Source: a virus | Virus record (IMG/VR): IMGVR_UViG_3300030101_002616 | Coordinates: 16,484 to 80,483 of that record | Length of the DNA stretch: 64,000 nucleotides | Reading direction: 5' to 3' (one strand) | Part shown: positions 60,363-64,000 of the stretch, in pieces | How positions within the stretch are numbered: the first letter of the stretch is position 1 | How the letters are laid out: the number at the start of each line of letters is the position of its first letter | Made by a program: the position numbers and the translations under genes | Notes under the pieces: model-generated | What the model was told of the DNA's origin: nothing | Seen by the model: the letters and a program-made list of their open reading frames with translations, nothing else | The model's database searches: none

Positions 60363-60633
60363 CTCTATATCTATCTGGATCTGGCTCATAGTCTTTATAG
60401 TTTTCTTCTAGTATACCTTCAAGTTCATTCTTATCAAACTCATCAAAGCCTGTCATAAAATGTAGAATGTCTACCTTTATTAATTTGCCGTTGGCATCAT
60501 TTAAGTTTACCCACACAGCGTTGATTGTAGCACCACCCTGATAACCTGTACCATTATAATCTAATTCAGGTGAGTCATACTCATAATCAACTTGGACTGT
60601 GTATCCATTTTCTAATTCTAGTTCATGTATCAT
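60355..60633 (-). CDS. Acidic hypothetical protein
   Basis: 92 aa within the operon. Confidence 0.5.
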   Translation of the reverse strand: MIHELELENGYTVQVDYEYDSPELDYNGTGYQGGATINAVWVNLNDANGKLIKVDILHFMTGFDEFDKNELEGILEENYKDYEPDPDRYRDE

Positions 60634-61067
60634 GATAATAATTCTGTTACTTTATTAATTTGTTCTTTTAGTTCTGCATTCTCTTGCTCAAGATAGTCTA
60701 CACGAGCGGCAAAAGTTTTAATCATATCATCCTTGTCATTACAATCACCCATACCTTTGACTCCCACAGCTGTAGCACATATATTGAAAAACTCTTCATA
60801 TGCTTTATCTACATCCATAAGATCAGAGTGTACCTTGAATGCATGCAACACGGTAGTGTGATCTCTACGGAACACAGCAGCATTGACAATAGAACTGTAG
60901 TTTAACTTATCATTAATAAGCACCATACATATACGTCTAGCTGCAACCACTTCGCCATTTCTAGTTTTACCTCTAATTTTACTGATAGGGACTTCAGTAA
61001 GTCTAGATACAGTTGCAAGTATCCTTGCCACATTTGCATCTAATTTATATAATTTTACTTTTCCCAT
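60630..61067 (-). CDS. Stand-alone DnaA C-terminal (domain IV-like) protein with coiled coil
   Basis: IRGKTRNGEVVAARRICM...FRRDHTTVLHA. Confidence 0.75.
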   Translation of the reverse strand: MGKVKLYKLDANVARILATVSRLTEVPISKIRGKTRNGEVVAARRICMVLINDKLNYSSIVNAAVFRRDHTTVLHAFKVHSDLMDVDKAYEEFFNICATAVGVKGMGDCNDKDDMIKTFAARVDYLEQENAELKEQINKVTELLS

Positions 61068-62944
61068 GATTTACTAATATTTGTGTCTGCTTTCAACAGA
61101 CCGTTAGTTACTACCTCAAGAGCTGCTTGCTCCATCAGTCTTGTCATTTCAACTACCCACTCCTGTGCATAGTCCTCTCTACATATAGTATCCACCTGGT
61201 CATGCACTGTCATAACTATCTTTACAGGTGCATTATGCAACTTGATAAAGTCTCTGATAAGTATCATTGCTTTCTTAGTCATGTCAGCTGATGCGCCTTG
61301 TATAGGTGTATTCTTACTAGCACGTTCTATACTACCAAGTTCAAATGCTTGACTCTTCTCTTGATATATACGTGGGTACCATGTAGGAAACCAACGACGT
61401 CTATTGTAAGGTGGAAATGTTTTGATATAACCATACTTTTTACCAAAGGTTCCTAGTTTGTCTAAGAAACCACCGATAGCTGGAAAGGCATCAAAGTATT
61501 TATCAATCAAAACTTCAGCTGCTTTAGTATTTATATCAAGAGTATCTGCAAGTTTGTGAGGCCCCATACCATAGGCTAGTCCAAAGTTAATTGTCTTAAC
61601 ATTTGTACGTAGCCTACCGTGTCTGGGACACTTACATTTACTTTTGTTTATCATATAACTACAATTATCTTCAGCGGCATCCGCCCACTCTTGTCCGTAT
61701 ACAAGGTCAGCACATACACTATGTAAGTCTTGTCCTTGTTGAAGAGCTTTTATCCATACAGGGTCTTGACTACCGAATGCAATTACATTAAGTTCTTGAG
61801 AAGAGTAGTCAGAAGAAACGAAGCACCAGCCATTAGGAGCCAGAAAACAATTACGGAACTTATTATCCGCAGGTATCTGTTGCATGTTTGGCTTCTTGGA
61901 TGCGACACGTCCAGTGTCAAGTATTTGATTGAATTGCGTATGAATCTTACCATCGCTTGATACAAATTTAAAGAAGTCTTTACCGTAAGAAGTAGCCAGC
62001 TTCATCTTTTCTTTGTACTTAACATACAAGTCTATGATCTTATGCTGACGTCTGTACTTGTACATCTTCTTACCGTTAACGTCTTCTAGTTCAGGGACTA
62101 GTTTTTGAAATACTTTTAGAACTTGTGTAGGGCTAGTCCATTTGACCCCAACTTTACGTAGCTCTTCTTGAGGCGTAAACAAGTCACCTTGAACATGAGA
62201 TAACACAAAGCACGACAACTCTGGGACGATTAATACCAGGTTATCTAATTCATCTCTCATGTCCAAAGCTTCTTGTTCGCTTGCTCGTGCAATGACCTCC
62301 CAAGCATCCTTGTCAATATCAATACCATTGTATTCAATATCAGAGAATGCTAACACTGCACGATTTTCAAGTTCTACCACACGTTGTAGTTTAAACTCTT
62401 GTATTTTTGGGAGCTGCAGCTTACGTAGCTTACATAGATACTCTACATCTTTGGCACCGTATACTATCTGGTCATCACGATAGGCTTCACCGGATAACCC
62501 TATAAATTGGTTTCTGATTTCCTTATTCAATTCTACATTTAAGTAGCGTTTACAGAGGTCTTTCAGTCCATAACCTATGTGACGACCACAAGATAGTATT
62601 CGCTCTACCAAAAACGTATCGTAAACTCCATCACATTCTATGCCTGACCACTTCTTAATAAACTTGTAGTCAAACTTAGCATTGTGAAATATCTTTGTTA
62701 TAGCTGGTGATTCTAGTATGTTCTTCAAAGGACTGATGTCTATGAATCTAGTGTCAATAACAAACTGTTGATGTTCGTCACCAATCTGAAACATAATCAT
62801 CTTCTTGCATGTAAAGTCAAAACCTTCTGTTTCTGTGTCTACACCTAGAACCTCTTTGTTGTGGCAGTACTTGACCACGTCTTTAATAGTACCTAGTTTA
62901 TACGAGTCACTTAGACTCGTTGTCTTTGTTATTAATGTAATCAT
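61055..62944 (-). CDS. polA: Family A DNA polymerase with 3'-5' exonuclease
   Basis: DTETEG, HNAKFD, TGR, PNMQQIP, DYSSQEL, KTINFGLAYG, NTPIQG, VHD. Confidence 0.93.
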   Translation of the reverse strand: MITLITKTTSLSDSYKLGTIKDVVKYCHNKEVLGVDTETEGFDFTCKKMIMFQIGDEHQQFVIDTRFIDISPLKNILESPAITKIFHNAKFDYKFIKKWSGIECDGVYDTFLVERILSCGRHIGYGLKDLCKRYLNVELNKEIRNQFIGLSGEAYRDDQIVYGAKDVEYLCKLRKLQLPKIQEFKLQRVVELENRAVLAFSDIEYNGIDIDKDAWEVIARASEQEALDMRDELDNLVLIVPELSCFVLSHVQGDLFTPQEELRKVGVKWTSPTQVLKVFQKLVPELEDVNGKKMYKYRRQHKIIDLYVKYKEKMKLATSYGKDFFKFVSSDGKIHTQFNQILDTGRVASKKPNMQQIPADNKFRNCFLAPNGWCFVSSDYSSQELNVIAFGSQDPVWIKALQQGQDLHSVCADLVYGQEWADAAEDNCSYMINKSKCKCPRHGRLRTNVKTINFGLAYGMGPHKLADTLDINTKAAEVLIDKYFDAFPAIGGFLDKLGTFGKKYGYIKTFPPYNRRRWFPTWYPRIYQEKSQAFELGSIERASKNTPIQGASADMTKKAMILIRDFIKLHNAPVKIVMTVHDQVDTICREDYAQEWVVEMTRLMEQAALEVVTNGLLKADTNISKSWEK

Positions 62945-63128
62945 TTCTAAACTGTTTTAAGAAAGTTTCATCAAACTGTAGTAAGTATTCAGCATAAGCT
63001 AGTGATACTTGTCTACCGTGAACAAAAACAGTATCTCTGTTATCTTTTATAGCTAGCATATATGCAGCTTTTAATTCTTGGTCATAGCCTTGTTGCAAGT
63101 CCATGTATATTTCTTTCATCTTTCCCAT
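62907..63128 (-). CDS. Hypothetical protein
   Basis: 73 aa, MGKMKEIYM start. Confidence 0.5.
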   Translation of the reverse strand: MGKMKEIYMDLQQGYDQELKAAYMLAIKDNRDTVFVHGRQVSLAYAEYLLQFDETFLKQFRNDYINNKDNESK

Positions 63129-63325
63129 TATTTGTAAATTCTTATCGGTTCTTTTTTTCTTTCTTTATGAAGATCTTGCTCTATATCTAGTAATGTTTTA
63201 AGCAACACTCTATGCTTACGAAGTATTTCACTAGCATCATCGTATTTTTCAAGGCTTATAAGAGTACGCTGCACACTGTGTATAAGTAATGATACTTCAT
63301 CTCTGGTTAAAATTGTATTATTCAT
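63128..63325 (-). CDS. Hypothetical protein
   Basis: Start at 63325 (MNNTILT), downstream of the hairpin. Confidence 0.5.
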   Translation of the reverse strand: MNNTILTRDEVSLLIHSVQRTLISLEKYDDASEILRKHRVLLKTLLDIEQDLHKERKKEPIRIYK

Positions 63326-63347
63326 AGTTAAAAGTATTAAGACAACA

Positions 63348-63366
63348 AAGGGGCACAAGGCCCCTT
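63348..63366 (-). terminator. GC hairpin
   Basis: Minus strand aaggggc-cttgt-gcccctt then tgttgtc. Confidence 0.55.
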
Positions 63367-63401
63367 CATCATCAATAAAAAACAATTGTGTGAAATTATT
63401 A

Positions 63402-63584
63402 CTACTTAGTCTTAGACTTAGTAGTTTTCTTTGTAGACCCAGTAGGTCTTCCACGTCTTTTGGTTTTGGTTTTAGTCGTGGTGTTGAACAAGTCAATAGT
63501 AATCATTTTTTCAGTTACTGTGACATTGTGTGATGCAGATACTGTAGCTACTACTTTACCTGCACTCTTAATTAATGTATTCAT
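63402..63584 (-). CDS. Small basic protein with AT-hook-like motif
   Basis: KTKRRGRPTGSTKK; upstream promoter; tandem stops TAG TAA TAA. Confidence 0.55.
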   Translation of the reverse strand: MNTLIKSAGKVVATVSASHNVTVTEKMITIDLFNTTTKTKTKRRGRPTGSTKKTTKSKTK

Positions 63585-63632
63585 TTTCAATGATTTAGAT
63601 AATTATGTATAAATATTCTTTATAAAACATAG

Positions 63633-63663
63633 CAAATATAGTAAAAATGGATATACCACGCAA
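63633..63663 (-). promoter_or_regulatory. Bacteroidota primary-sigma promoter
   Basis: Minus strand TTG-N20-TATATTTG. Confidence 0.65.
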
Positions 63664-63679
63664 GTGATATACCCATTTT
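63643..63679 (-). terminator. Rho-independent terminator
   Basis: Inverted repeat whose two mismatches become G-U pairs on the minus strand, ending in TTTTT. Confidence 0.65.
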
Positions 63680-63686
63680 ATTTATA

Positions 63687-64000
63687 CTAGTTTACTATCT
63701 CTCCTGTTGCAACATCAACTTTCTGAATAGTAGGACTTTGCACTGGTGCTGTATCAGCCTTCAAGTACACATCTACTGGCTCGTTGAATACAATAGAGGA
63801 ACGAGTGAATATGTATTCACCGTTGTGTAGAATAAACTCTCCATCTCTACCCTTACGCTTAGCAGTGGTATTAATGTTAGCTCTTTGCCATTCAGTAGGC
63901 TCAGTAGTTTCTACAATTTGAACTCGTAATGGGAACTCCTGTCCTTCAAAAGAAGCAATAGGATTAAGAACATTTACGACAAGTATTTCGTTGCCCATAT
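63687..64000 (-). CDS. Hypothetical protein, probably truncated at the window edge
   Basis: Open frame reaches the end of the window; ends VDVATGEIVN. Confidence 0.5.
   Translation of the reverse strand, partial: MGNEILVVNVLNPIASFEGQEFPLRVQIVETTEPTEWQRANINTTAKRKGRDGEFILHNGEYIFTRSSIVFNEPVDVYLKADTAPVQSPTIQKVDVATGEIVN

Noticed and set aside
47315-62483. Short plus-strand or nested ORFs inside the replication block
   Set aside because: Overlap well-supported genes; no recognisable features
63326-63496. 122-aa version of ORF 63128
   Set aside because: The extension crosses a hairpin and overlaps the AT-hook ORF
1-64000. Stop-codon reassignment as in some crAss-like phages
   Set aside because: Genes are full length in code 11; TAG and TGA end genes right at the next start (e.g. 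7787, 12346, 17960, 31909)
1-64000. tRNA genes, introns, inteins, integrase
   Set aside because: Intergenic gaps are under about 100 nt with no cloverleaf seen; PolA, DnaB and vRNAP look uninterrupted; not checked computationally

Overview
This 64 kb window is part of a crAss-like (Crassvirales-type) phage genome in the standard genetic code. The host is probably a Bacteroidota/Flavobacteriia bacterium, judging from TAnnTTTG promoters, AT-rich starts without Shine-Dalgarno sites, Gln+1 signal peptides and a T9SS C-terminal domain. The plus strand (1-47254) is the late/virion block: Cys-rich and fibre-like proteins, a host-envelope module (OM beta-barrel, membrane coiled-coil, Cys-less thioredoxin fold, T9SS cargo), a DUF5675 endolysin-like protein, holin, metallophosphoesterase, tail ring proteins, basic proteins, muzzle, and five large ejected proteins including a 2041-aa virion RNA polymerase (GSDFDVD). 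The minus strand (47251-64000) is the replication block: Nmad1-like protein, Ung, 5'-3' exonuclease, rIIA/rIIB, nuclease, primase, SSB-like protein, AAA ATPase, DnaB, SF2 helicase, DnaA domain IV protein and PolA. Three unexplained signals stand out. (1) The three giant ejected proteins (5111 aa) contain only four Cys, all at the termini that face each other in gene order, suggesting a head-to-tail linked chain. (2) The phage encodes a T9SS cargo and envelope module. (3) A recurrent xxGG motif punctuates the basic and cargo proteins like a protease site. All family assignments come from recognising motifs by eye; no searches were run.
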